Positions 1 to 11,138 of a stretch of DNA of 64,000 nucleotides are shown here, one piece after another. Each line of letters begins with the position of its first letter. Position 1 is the first letter of the stretch. Origin of the DNA: Phaeosaccion multiseriatum (Eukaryota; Protista; Ochrophyta, other classes); the NCBI GenBank assembly GCA_965112735.1, contig OZ218959.1, positions 1,054,001 through 1,118,000 of the forward strand, given 5' to 3'. The translations under genes and the position numbers were made by a program. Below the pieces are notes generated by a model that saw only the letters and a list, made by a program, of their open reading frames with translations, did no database searches and was not told the origin of the DNA.

Positions 1-3000
1 GCCAACTTCTTCGGGGGGCTCATGTTGCTGCTCTCGGAGCCCTTCACACCAGGTTGGGTTGGAGCTGTCGCTTGCTGACTTACTTACAGTTCTTGCTAAA
101 TGGGACCGTGTTCGATGTTGTTCGTTCGATATTGATAAGGTCACATAAATGAAAACTGGAAACTGGGGTGGGTCCGCTGGTCCGCTGTACAGGGACGCGT
201 GGTACCACAACAAGGCGCTGCTCTGACTCTTTCTCTCCCTCCCGGGCTGTCCACCTGTCTGTCTGCCTACCTATCTGCCTGCCTCCCTGGCTGCTTCCCT
301 TCCTTCCTGCCTTCCTGCCTTCCTGTCTACCCCTGTGCCCATATGCCTCGAGCAGGAGACATGGTGACATTCCGGTTCGGCGGCACTGATTACAAGGGGC
401 GTGTGGAGCGCGTGGGATGGTACCAGACGCTCATCAGGGGTATAGACACCCGGCCTACATACGTCCCCAACAGCGTGAGTTTGAGCTTGAGCTTCGCGTC
501 GTGCCATGCCATTGGCCGTGTGCACTCTTCTTCTACTCTTGCACTGTTTGCGTCTCTTGGAGGGTGGATTAATTCGACCAGCAGCTTGGGCCAGGCAGTC
601 AGGCAGCCAAGGGTCACTCACTGGTTGGAAGTGGAGATGGAAGTGGAGATGGAAGTGAGGTCCTTTGTCTGTGGGTTACTCTCTGTCTCTGCAAGTGGAG
701 ATGGAAGTGAGGTCCTTTGTCTGTGGGTTGCTCTCTGTCTCTGCAAGTGGAGATGGAAGTGAGGTCCTTTGTCTGTGGGTTACTCTCTGTCTCTGCAAGT
801 GGAGATGGAAGTGAGGTCCTTTGTCTGTGGGTTGCTCTCTGTCTCTCCTCTCCCTCAACACCTTATCCCTAATCCTGTCCCTCTCGTCCTCAGGTGTTTG
901 CCTCCACCATGGTGACGAACATGGTGAGTGAGCAAGAAAGGGGACAAACAAGGGGGCGAGTTGCTTGCGCTTGTCAGGAAAGGCTCCGCGTGTGAGTGAG
1001 TCTTCGCCGGCAAGTGGGCAAATCACACCCTTCCTTGCCCTTACTTACTCTTACTTACGATACGTCGCCCCTTCTGACCCGCCCTCCCTTCTCTCCCCTC
1101 TCTCACTGCAGGACCGCATCACCCACCGGCGCTTCGAGGCCTTCTTCACGCTTCGCTACGCCGACGTGCAGAAGGTGGGACAGGTCACTTACACACACGG
1201 ACTGACACTTACCGACACACACGGACTGACACTTACCGACACACACGGACTGACACTTACCGACACACACGGACTGACACTTACCGACACACACGGACTG
1301 ACACTTACCGACACACACGGCAGAGCTTGTGCGCGTGTCCGCCCTTCTCTCCGTCCTGCTTTATATTCACGCCAGTCCTGTTGTGTATTGACGTGTGTGA
1401 ATTAACGACTCTTCCTCCTCCTCCTCCTCCTCCTCCTCCTCCTCCTCCTCCTCCTCCTCCTCCTCCTCCTCCTCCTCTTCCTCCTCCTTCTCCTCCTCCT
1501 CCTCCTTCTCCAAATCCTCCCCATAGGTGAGCGCGATATGTGCGGCGGTCAAGGCTGGCCTCAAGGAGCTTCCCAAGCTTGACCTCCTCAGTCAGCCCTT
1601 CCGCATGCACCTCACAGAGTTCTCAGAGGTGAGCAGCGAGAAGGCAGTGGATGGGCAGTACATGGGGGGATGGATGGAAGTGGATGGTGCAGGGGTGGAT
1701 GGCAGTGGATGTAGGGGGTTGGATGGGAGGGCTCACCCGGCCCTGCGGCGTGTGACACGTGACTTGGCTTGACTGACTTGATTTGTGACGTGTACTTACG
1801 TACTCTCACGTACTTGCATCCACCCACAGGGGGGCCTGCGTATGACGGTGAGCTGCTACTTCGCCACGAAGAGCTTCGACGAGTTCCTGGAGCACCAACA
1901 GGTCAGGGAGGGGAGGGGATGGGAGGTGGGAGGGGAGGGGGGAGTGCCCAGTCTGAAGGGAAGGCGGCTCAGAAGGGGGGTCAGGGATCGGGCACAGGGC
2001 CGGAGGGAGGGAGGGAGGGAGGGAGGGAGGCTGGCGATATCCACGGGGCGAGCTGCTGCCCTGTCCATCTTCCCTTCTCCACGTGACCTGCGGCCTGTCT
2101 GTCTGCCTGCCGGCCTGCCTGTCAGCTCCTCTCATGCTTGTGCGCTGCTGCTGGCCTCCTGCTCCCCTCTTCTCTCCATTGACAGAGAGCTCTGCTGGTG
2201 GTGGCCCAGGCAGTGGAGAGCGAGAAGGCGCAGCTCGCATACCCAATGTACACCGTTGACACCGTAGGGGTGGACTTCGGAAGGATGGACAAGGGCGGGG
2301 CCAAGGGAGGACAAACGCACTCACACACGGCACACATGGGCGTTGAGGCCTTGGGGGGGGGGATGGGCACGGGGGCGAAATTGGGGGAGGGGGTGGGCCA
2401 GGGGGCCCGAGTAGGCGGGGCTCATGATGTTCATGACGCCGTCCCTCCTAGGGCTCCTAAGGCGCCCCCCTCCAGCATGCCCACACACACTGCTGCGCCT
2501 CATGTCACACACGCAGCCACACCCACCATCACACACGCCGCCACACCCACTACCACCCACAAGGTCACGCCCCACGCCACGCATACCGCTGCATCGACTA
2601 CCAAGCCACCTGCTTCATCGACTACTGCATCGACTGCCAAGCCCACTGCTACACCCTCTACCAAGCCCACTGCTACACCCTCTACCATATCGTCTACCAC
2701 GCACGCTGGCACGCCCCCTGCTGCATCGACTACCAAGCCCACTATTGCATCGACTACCACGCACACTGCTACACCCACTGCTTCATCGACTACCAAGCCC
2801 CCTGCCTCATCGACTACCAAGCCCCCTGCCTCATCGACTACCAAGCCCCCTGCTTCATCGACTACCAAGCCCCCTGCCTCATCGACTACCAAGCCCACTG
2901 CTGCATCGACTACCAAGCCACCTGCGACACCCTCTACCAAGCCCACTGCTACACCGACTACCACACCGACTACCACGCACGCTGGCACGTCCCATGCCAC

Positions 3001-4303
3001 GGCTCCTGCCACGCCCACACCACCCACGGCCCCTTCCCCTTCCCCTTCCATGTACAACGCCACGCCCATGAACCCTGCCCTGTTACCGATGCCGCCCGAG
3101 CGTGTACAAGAGCGAGCACGAGAGCGAACAGAAGGGCGAGTAGAACGAGGAGAAGAGAGGGTGGAAGGGCGAGAACAAGAGCAAGGAGAAAGGCGAGTAC
3201 AAGAGCGAGCACCAGACGGAGTACAAGGGCGACAAGAGCGAGCACGAGAGCGAGCACACGGGCATGAAGCAGAGCGAATACAAGAGAGAGGGCAAGGGCA
3301 TGAAGCAGAGCGAATACAAGAGAGAGGGCAAGGGCATGAAGCAGAGCGAATACAAGAGGGAGGGCAAGGGCATGAAGCAGAGCGAATACAAGAGGGAGGG
3401 CAAGGGCGACCGTCCTCGTCCTCGTCCTGGCCTGCGTGGGGCACAGGGGCCGCTCAAGGGCCGCTCCATGCTTCATCAGCTGCTTCAACGGCTGCCCATG
3501 AGGGGGGGGAGGGGAAGGCCAGGGAAAGGGCCCGGGAAAGAGAGTCTCAAGGGCCGCGCAATGGTTCCGTGGTGAATGGTTCAGTGGCTATGGCTGCCCA
3601 CGGGGGAGGAGAGACACAGGCAAGGGAAAGGGCCCGGGAAAGAGAGTCTCAAGGGTCGCCCAATGGTTCCGTGGTGAATGGTTCAGTGGCTATGGCTGCC
3701 CACGGGGGAGGAGAGACACAGGCCAGGGAAAGGGCCCGGGAAAGAGAGTCTCAAGGGTCGCCCAATGGTTCCGTGGTGAATGGTTCAGTGGCTATGGCTG
3801 CCCACCGGGGAGGAGAGACACAGGCCAGGGAAAGGGCCCGGGAAAGAGAGTCTCAAGGGCCGCCCAATGGTTCCGTGGTGAATGGTTCAGTGGCTATGGC
3901 TGCCCACGGGGGAGGAGAGACACAGGCCAGAGAAAGGGCCCGGGACAGGCAATTCACGTTCCCGCCGCCCGAAGACGATAAGAGAAGTTTTGCCGGAGTG
4001 ACCAAGCACAGGAGGGCACGGGATAAGCGCAGACAAGACAGGCAGGCCAGGGCCGGGCGGGGTCAGCACTCCCAGGGCCCGAGGCGCGGCAGGAATTGGC
4101 GGAAGGGTAAGGGTGGGTCGCCTCCCCCACACGTACTCAGCGGGAGTACAGGCCCTTCCTATAGGGGGGGCACTCAGCAGGGTGGCACTGGGAAGGGGAA
4201 GGGGAAGGGGAAGGGGCAGGGGACGTCCGAGACGCTGCTGAAGAAGCACCCGCGCCTCGGCTCAAGGGCCCATCCAAGAGATACGAAGACGCGCAGAGAC
4301 TGA
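1..4303 (+). CDS. MscS-family mechanosensitive ion channel, 5'-partial, multi-exon (approx. 1-52, 356-474, 894-925, 1112-1174, 1528-1628, 1830-1901, 2186-4303), with a ~650-aa low-complexity C-terminal extension
   Basis: Spliced translation reads ANFFGGLMLLLSEPFTPGDMVTFRFGGTDYKGRVERVGWYQTLIRGIDTRPTYVPNS/VFASTMVTNM/DRITHRRFEAFFTLRYADVQK, matching the MscS TM3b/beta-domain signature (N..GG......PF..GD...G.VE.IG...T........VPN). GT-AG junctions keep the frame. Confidence 0.88.
626..846 (+). repeat. Intronic minisatellite, 52-bp unit, about 4 copies
   Basis: Unit GCAAGTGGAGATGGAAGTGAGGTCCTTTGTCTGTGGGTT(A/G)CTCTCTGTCTCT starts at 691, 743 and 795, plus an upstream partial copy. Confidence 0.9.
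1186..1320 (+). repeat. Intronic minisatellite, 24-bp unit, about 5.5 copies
   Basis: Tandem copies of ACTGACACTTACCGACACACACGG. Confidence 0.92.
2590..3945 (+). repeat. Exonic tandem repeats in the MscS tail: 24-bp (STTKPPAS-like) x>10, 36-bp (GHEAERIQERGQ) x4, 102-bp (34 aa) x4
   Basis: All unit lengths are multiples of 3. The 102-bp units begin at ~3518, 3620, 3722 and 3824. Confidence 0.9.
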
Positions 4304-4627
4304 CTGGGACGCCAGCGCGTTGCCTGGGCCTTGTAGGTAGTGACTTACGAAAAGGAAAGTCACATGATTATTTATATATACTTAGAAGTACCACTCTTGG
4401 GTGAGGTCCATCTTCTCTCCTCTGACACCATCCTTCGAAAGAAAAACAGGTCCGCTAGCGCCGCTTCCTCCCCTAAGCGTGTGCGGGCTAGGGCAAAGGC
4501 TTCATTCGGAGCCCATCCATCTATCCATCCATCCACCTGTCCATCCCTCCTCTTTGGTAAGGGTATGAGCCCATCCGTTTCCATTGTAAGACTATGTAAG
4601 AGCAGTTAAGGGTAGGGTTGAATCAAA

Positions 4628-5339
4628 TCATTGGCCCATCCTCTTGGCGAGCTGCTCCACGGCCGCATCCTGAGGAGACGACACGCGGATGACACGGGAG
4701 AGGGGGGGGGGGGGTGGCAGCGTGGCAGCATCGCGGCAGTTGTTGGTACCTTTCTCCGTCTTGGACGCCCTTGTCAGTGGCACTCACACACCGACTCACT
4801 CACTTACTCACTCACTCACTCACTCACTCACTCACTCACTCACTCACTCACTCACTCACTCACTCAAGCACTCGCCCATACACTCTCTCACTCCCTCACG
4901 CACTTGCTCACTCACCAGCCACATGCTCAGTCACTCACGCACATTCTCACTCACCAGCCTAGTCTTCATGGCGAGTAGGATGCCCTCCTGCTCTTGCGCC
5001 CTTTGCGGCCCGCCCCTCTCCTTCTCCCGTCTGTACCAATGCACCAGCCCCCCCGCCTCCTCCGCTCCCCTGCGCAGCTCCGACAACATTTTCCTCGCCA
5101 CCACCGACATATCCGTGGGCCACTCTCTCCCACCCCCTGCCCTGCCCTGCTGCAGTGTGGCGTGCGGGGAGGGGGTGAGGTCTCTTTCCTCTCCCTCCCC
5201 TCCCTCCCCTTGGCCTCCCGTGCCCCCTCCGCTGCTCGAGCCGTGCTGCTCCTCTTGCTCCTCTCGGCCCTTCCTCCTCTTCTTCCCAGTGCTTAGAGGA
5301 GCCTCGTCCCTCCCCTCCTCCCTGTCTGCCCGCTGTGCA

Positions 5340-5372
<33 letters not shown>

Positions 5373-8300
5373 TGCTGCTGGTGGTGGTGCTGCTGCTGCT
5401 TCTGCCCATTGCCACACCCCTCCCTCTCCTTCTCGTCCCCCTCCTCCTTGCCCCCCCATTGGTTGGCCCTGGCTAGCTCGAGCTCCCACAGGAAGAGCCG
5501 CCCTGGCGCCCACGCCGCCCACCATTGCGGCGACCCCCTCTCCTGTGCAAGCACGCCCACAGCGGCCCGAAGGCGCTCGGACAACAGCTCCACCACCACA
5601 GCAGATGACGCCTCCTCACTTAGAATCGCCTGCCAGAGGGAAGGGGAGCGGAGAAGAGGCAAGGGGAGGAGAGGTGAGGGGAGGGCAGGGGAGGGGGGGT
5701 GCAGACAGACAGACAAACACGCACACGCACACACATAACAACAGCAGAGAGGGAACGAGCGCCCTGTCATCGACAAGAGGCTCTGCATAGCGGCACGCAG
5801 GTACCACTGAAGGCCTACTGCGGCGCGTGGAAAGTCAGCGGGCCGGTCCTCCTCCATCCCCCACCCTCCACCCTCGGGGTATGCATACCCCGGGATGAAT
5901 GGCCATTCTTTCCTCTCCTCTCCTCTCTCCTCACCTTATAGAGGCCGAGGATCAAGTCGTACACAAAACCGAGGGCCTCGAGCTCATCAAGACGGCCCAA
6001 GCGAAGAGCCGAGAAGCAGGCGTTCCAAGAGGGCTGGTCCGGGTGCTGCACGCAGTAGAAGCCGCAGTGCTCGTGGTTCAGCACGACGTAGACCTCCTCC
6101 TCCTTCCCTTCTTCTCCCGCTCCTCTCCTCTCCTCCTCATCCTCCTCCTCCTTCCCTCCTCCCCTCTCATTCCCTGCCCCCTCTTTCCCATCCACCTGCA
6201 CCTGCATCGCGGAGGCCCGTGCTGAGTTACTACGCTCAACACTGCTGCTCGTGCTGCTGCTGCTGCAAGTGTTCATGCGAGCAATACCATTACCAACACT
6301 ACTGCCACTATAGCTGCTACTGCTGCTACTGTTAATGCTACACCTCACACTCCCCCCCTCCCTCAAAACTTGGTGCAAGTCGATCTCTATCCGACGCTCC
6401 CTCATCACTATCAACTTGACAACTTCGGACCCCTCTTCCTCCTCCTCCTCCCCCCCCTTGCCGCCCCTGCCTGGCCTGCCCTGCCTACGCACCCTCCCTA
6501 CTCGAATACGCAGCGGAACATTCCAAAGGGAGGCTACTGGAGGCCGCGGAACGCTCCCAAGGGAGGCTGCTTCCGCGTTGTTCGGCCCTGACTTGGCTCC
6601 CTTCACTCCCTTCACCCCAGTGCGGTCTCCATTGTCCCCTCCCGTGCTCTCTCTATCCCCCCCTGCCCTGTCCACTACCTTGTCGCTGCTGTCGCTGCTC
6701 TCCGCGGGCCGCTTTCGCTGCTTGAAGCGGAAGGGTTGCTGCGTCACGGTCAAGCGCCCCTTCACGAGAGTCACATTGAGCAGCTGCAGGAGGAGGAGGA
6801 GGAGGAGGAGGAGGAGGAGGAGGAGGAGGTGGTGGTGGTGGTGGTGGTGGTGGTGGTGGTGGAGGAGGAGGGGGGGGGGGAGGAGGAGGAGGTAAGAGAG
6901 TGTACGAGGTACCCAGTGTGACAATGGAGGGGGGGAGGGGAGGGGGAGGGCGGGACTGAGTGCAAGGCAGGGAGCGGGGAGGCGAGAGAGGGAGAGAGGG
7001 TGAGAGGGTGGCACTAGGTCCACCACGGTTAAGCGGAACAACCGGATAATAAGCGGAGCTATTGGCCTCGGATCCCCCGCCAACAGTAACTCGTACCGGG
7101 AAATGGGGTTGCGAGAGCCAGGGGTGCATCAGCCCGGCGACATCGACCCCAAGCCTTGGACCTCCCCCGTCTCTCCCCTCCCTCTGCTGCTCGTGGCAGG
7201 CCTGCTGCAACGCGCTCCACAAGTCTTCCATCGTTGTGCATGCATATTGGTGCTCTATGGCGTACGCCTTCAGGCCCTTGAGGAATACCCCCTCCCCCAC
7301 AAAGCCGCAGAGCATCCTCAGCAGGCTTGCCCCCTTGCCGTACGTGATGGTGTCGAATGAAGCAAGGATGGAGCTCAGGTCTCCCTTGTGCTGCTGCACC
7401 ACGGCGTGAGAGGTGGTCTGCGCGTCGGCAAGCATCGCCTGTCGGAGGGAGGGAGGGAGGGAGGGAGGGAGGGAGGGAGGGAGGGAGGGAGGGAGGGAGG
7501 GAGGGAGGGAGAGGGAAGTCCGCAGCCGCATGGCGTAAGTCAAGGGCAGCAGCAGCAGCAGTTCCTGATACAGCAGCAGCAGGTGAAGAAAGGAAAGGAA
7601 AGAAAAAGAAGAAAGACGATGTATTTCCCCTACCCACTTGTATGAACACCTCGCTCATGAAGTTGGTCCAGATCCTGTATCCTTCGGCCTGGTCTTGGGC
7701 CTCGCCTTTGGCATCATCATCTTGGGCCTGATGCCTGGGCCTGGGATGCAGCGTGTGATGCCCTGTGTCGAGCTTGTGCACCATGGTGTACTCCAAGAAG
7801 CGCGCCATCCCCTCCTTGAGCCACAGCTCGTCGAAGCTCCAGGGCGTGACAATGTCTCCGTACCACTGGTGACAGATCTCATGGCACAATAGACGCACGA
7901 TGCGCCGCCGACGTGCAAAGTCCGTCGTCGGATCCACCAGCATGAACTCCTGAGGTTGGAGTAGAGGTATGTGGGTGGGTAAAGTATAGGCATATGGGTG
8001 GGTAGAGTAGAGGCGTATGGGTGGGTAGAGTAGAGGTATATGGGTGGGTAGGGAAGAGGCACATGGGTGGGTGGAGTATAGGCATATGGGTGGGTAGGGT
8101 AGAGGCATATGGGTAGAGTAGAGGCATATGGGTGGGTAGGGTAGAGGCATATGGGTGGGTAGGGTAGACGTATATGGGTGGGAAGGGTAGAGGCATGCGT
8201 CGGAGTAGAAGTATACGGTGAGTAGAGTAGAGGTATATGGGTGGGTAGGGTAGAGGCATATGGGTGGGTGGGGTAGAGGCGTATGGGTGGGTAGGGTAGA

Positions 8301-9023
8301 GGCGTATGGGTGGGTAGGGTAGAGGCATATGGGTGGGTAGAGTAGAGGCGTATGGTTGGGTAGGGTAGAGGCATATGGGTGGGTAGGGTAGAGGCATATG
8401 GGTGGGTAGGGTAGAGGCGTATGGGTGGGTAGAGTAGAGGCGTATGGTTGGGTAGGGTAGAGGCATATGGGTGGGTAGGGTAGAGGCGTATGGGTGGGTA
8501 GGGTAGAGGCGTATGGGTGGGTAGGGTAGAGGCGTACGGGTTGACGGGGTGCAAGGCCGGAGGGGAGCGCGAAAAAGCGCACTGGGCCCTGCCTCACGCT
8601 ATGACCTCCCTCTCTCCTTCCCTCCCTTCCTTCCTGACCTTAAGCAGCGTGACAGCCCCGAAGTTCTCCATGCCTGAGGGAGGGACGTCAGAGCGGCAGC
8701 GGCACGTGCAACACAAGAACAAGAGGGGCGATGCAAGGAGTGAGTCGAGTCGGGCGTGTCCTCCCACCTCCCGTACAGTACACTCCACCGAAGCCTTCAC
8801 AGCAGTGGGCAGTGGACATTACCATTCTGGACCATTCTGGGGGACGAGAGTGCCTCTCTCCCCTCCTTCTCCCCCCCCCCCCCGGTCTCTTTATCCCACC
8901 CCTCACCGATTCCGTGCATCTTGTGCATGCACAGCAGATCGAGCTTCTCCAGAGGGAAGGCCACACCGAACATTGAGCTGCACAGGTCGAAGGCTCTGCG
9001 GGCACAGTAAGTCAACGAGAGAG

Positions 9024-9065
<42 letters not shown>

Positions 9066-10666
9066 GGATGCGGTTGAGGCCATGCCCCCTCCCTTCCCAT
9101 TTCCTCGGTCCCTCTGCCCTCCTCCGGTGCCTCCCCCACCCCTCCCCACCTGCATGCAAAGCGCAGAGCGAAGTGCGCCTCCTCCACGTCCTCCCCCACG
9201 GGTACGTGTGCAGTGAGCAGCACACCCAAGTGCCCCCCCTGCTGGCATTGCCCCTCCTCCTCCTCCTGAATCACCAACTGCTGCCCCTCGCCCCGCCCCA
9301 GCCCCTGGGTGCTTGCGCTTGTGCTCGTGGTCGTGCCGGTGCCAGTGGCCGCCCTCCTGCTGATCCTGTTGAGCCTCCCGACCCAGAAACCGAGCAGATA
9401 GGTTGACATGACCGGTGTCACACGGAATCGAATGGTGTCGGTCTTCACACAGAACCCCGCCTCCCCTGACGAGCAGGGGAGGGAGGAGGGCTCCAAGGCC
9501 CATGGATGGGAGTGAGAGTCGTCGGGCTGGAATGGCGGTCCAAACGCCCCTCCTCCCTCCTGCCTCTGCCGGCCCAGGCCCCTCGGCCCCTCCTTCAGCC
9601 TCGCGCCTTCGTCCTGGCCCGTGTCGAGCTGAGTGGGGCCTCGTGGGTTGGTTGTTCGGAGCGCGGCAAGGACTGGCGGCGGCGTGTCCGGAGGGAGAGG
9701 CCGTCCCTCCTCCTCCTCTTCCTCCTCCTCCTGCTGCTGCTGCCCCTGCTCCGGCGTGACGCTCTCAATGCTGCAATTGGACACCGCTTGGAGCGACGTA
9801 GGCACTCCGCGCAAGGTGAGCTGGAAGGTGGCCTGCAAAGGAAGCAGACGGGGCGGTAGGAGGGGCGGTAAAGAGGGGCGGGTAAGACGTGGCAAGTGGC
9901 AGCGTGTGTTGAAGCCAGCATGTGACAGTGGAGCACAAGGGAAGTGAACTCGACTCTTGACTCTCTTCGCTCTTCACTCTTCACGAGCTCCCTTCCCCTC
10001 AACGGACTCGGAGAGTGGCAGGGGAGGTCAGTCCAAGTCAGCCATGCCGCACGCACTCACACCCAAACGCACCCACCTTGAGATGGGGGGAGTCGAAGCA
10101 CGGGAACACTTTGCGGCAGTGGGCGGGCTCCAAGTGCGTCGCGATGAAGACCGACGATCCTCTGGTGCTCTCCGCGGCTACTGTCTGCTGCTCCTCCCCT
10201 GCCTTGGCTGTTGCTGTCGTCGCCCCCTCCCCCCCTCCCGACGGCTCCGTCGTCCCCTCCGCTGCAGCAGCGGCAGATCCTCCCCTCCTCACAACGTATA
10301 TGCCCTCCGCCTTGTCCTCTTCCACCATCCCCCGGAAATACAGCCTCAGCTCCGTGCTAACGCTGGCCACAAAGTCGCTGGGGACTTGCACGCAGAGCGA
10401 GTCTCCCTCTTCGCGAAACCTGCTCGCTCCACCACAGGCAGATACACACGCAGTACAGGGGCAGAGGGCGGGGGAGACCAAGGGGAAGGAAGTGAGTGAG
10501 GAGAGCGAGACATTTTCGTGCACATCATGCACGCGAGGGGGGGGGAGGGGGGCAGCAGCCCCTCACTTACCACTCAGTCGGACACCCATCCACCGCCGCG
10601 CCTTCCACGACCACGCTCCTGGCGCAGTCAAGACGAAACACCCTCTTGTTTTTGTTTTTTTTGCTG

Positions 10667-10708
<42 letters not shown>

Positions 10709-10944
10709 GAGTTCATGACCAGGTACTGCGGAGGGACATGCACTCGTATGCTCACTTCCCCAGAGTACCCAATGGTGGTGCCGACAGGCGATGCGCAGGG
10801 GATGCCGCTTTGCGCGGAAGAAGCCTGGTTCCCTGCCAAGTCGAGCTGAATGGTCACGTCATAATGGCTTGGCCGAACCTCCTCCTCCTTGTCCTCCTCC
10901 TGATCTTCCTCCCCCCTCTCATCCTCGTCCACCAGACACGCCAT
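4628..10944 (-). CDS. Peptidase M1 family zinc aminopeptidase (puromycin-sensitive/APN-like), about 10-11 exons
   Basis: Contains RPSHYDVTI, YFRG...GIY, ATHLEPAHCRKVFPCFDSP, F.TP.MSTYLL, FPLEKLDL, GMENFG, the zinc motif HEICH-x18-E (HEICHQWYGDIVTPWSFDELWLKE), the catalytic Tyr in FDTITYGKGASLLRML, W..QPHFPV and LNHEHCGFYCV. Last exon DAAVEQLAKRMGQ* ends at 4628. Confidence 0.93.
7955..8537 (+). repeat. G-rich intronic minisatellite, 23-bp unit, about 25 copies
   Basis: Tandem array of ATGGGTGGGTAGGGTAGAGGC(A/G)T inside the aminopeptidase intron between the GMEN and HEXXH exons. Confidence 0.93.
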
Positions 10945-11138
10945 TTCTGAGTACGATGATTGATTTCTATCGGGCGGGGAATGCTATCGGGCGGGGAAAG
11001 AGTTGGCTAGATAACAACTCCTGAGGCCAGCTGTGAGTAACAGTTACGGAATTTGTTCTTTTTCCTCTTTTGTCATCTGGGTGATCGATCTCTGGGTAAT
11101 ACAAGTGTAGAGAGAAAAAAGGAGAGGGAGGTCAGACC
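10945..11138. promoter_or_regulatory. Compact putative bidirectional promoter between the aminopeptidase and anoctamin genes, with a duplicated 15-bp GC-box element
   Basis: Only ~195 bp separate the divergent ATGs (10944 on -, 11139 on +). CTATCGGGCGGGGAA occurs twice (10967-10981, 10984-10998). The region is AT-richer than its flanks. Confidence 0.55.

Noticed and set aside
7059-8597. Long ORFs with PTHPYAST/LYPTH repeats, and similar ORFs (RKEG 14802-15437, THSP 31110-31760, polyP/polyE/CVCV)
   Set aside because: These are stop-free translations of intronic mini- and microsatellites. The real exons splice around them.
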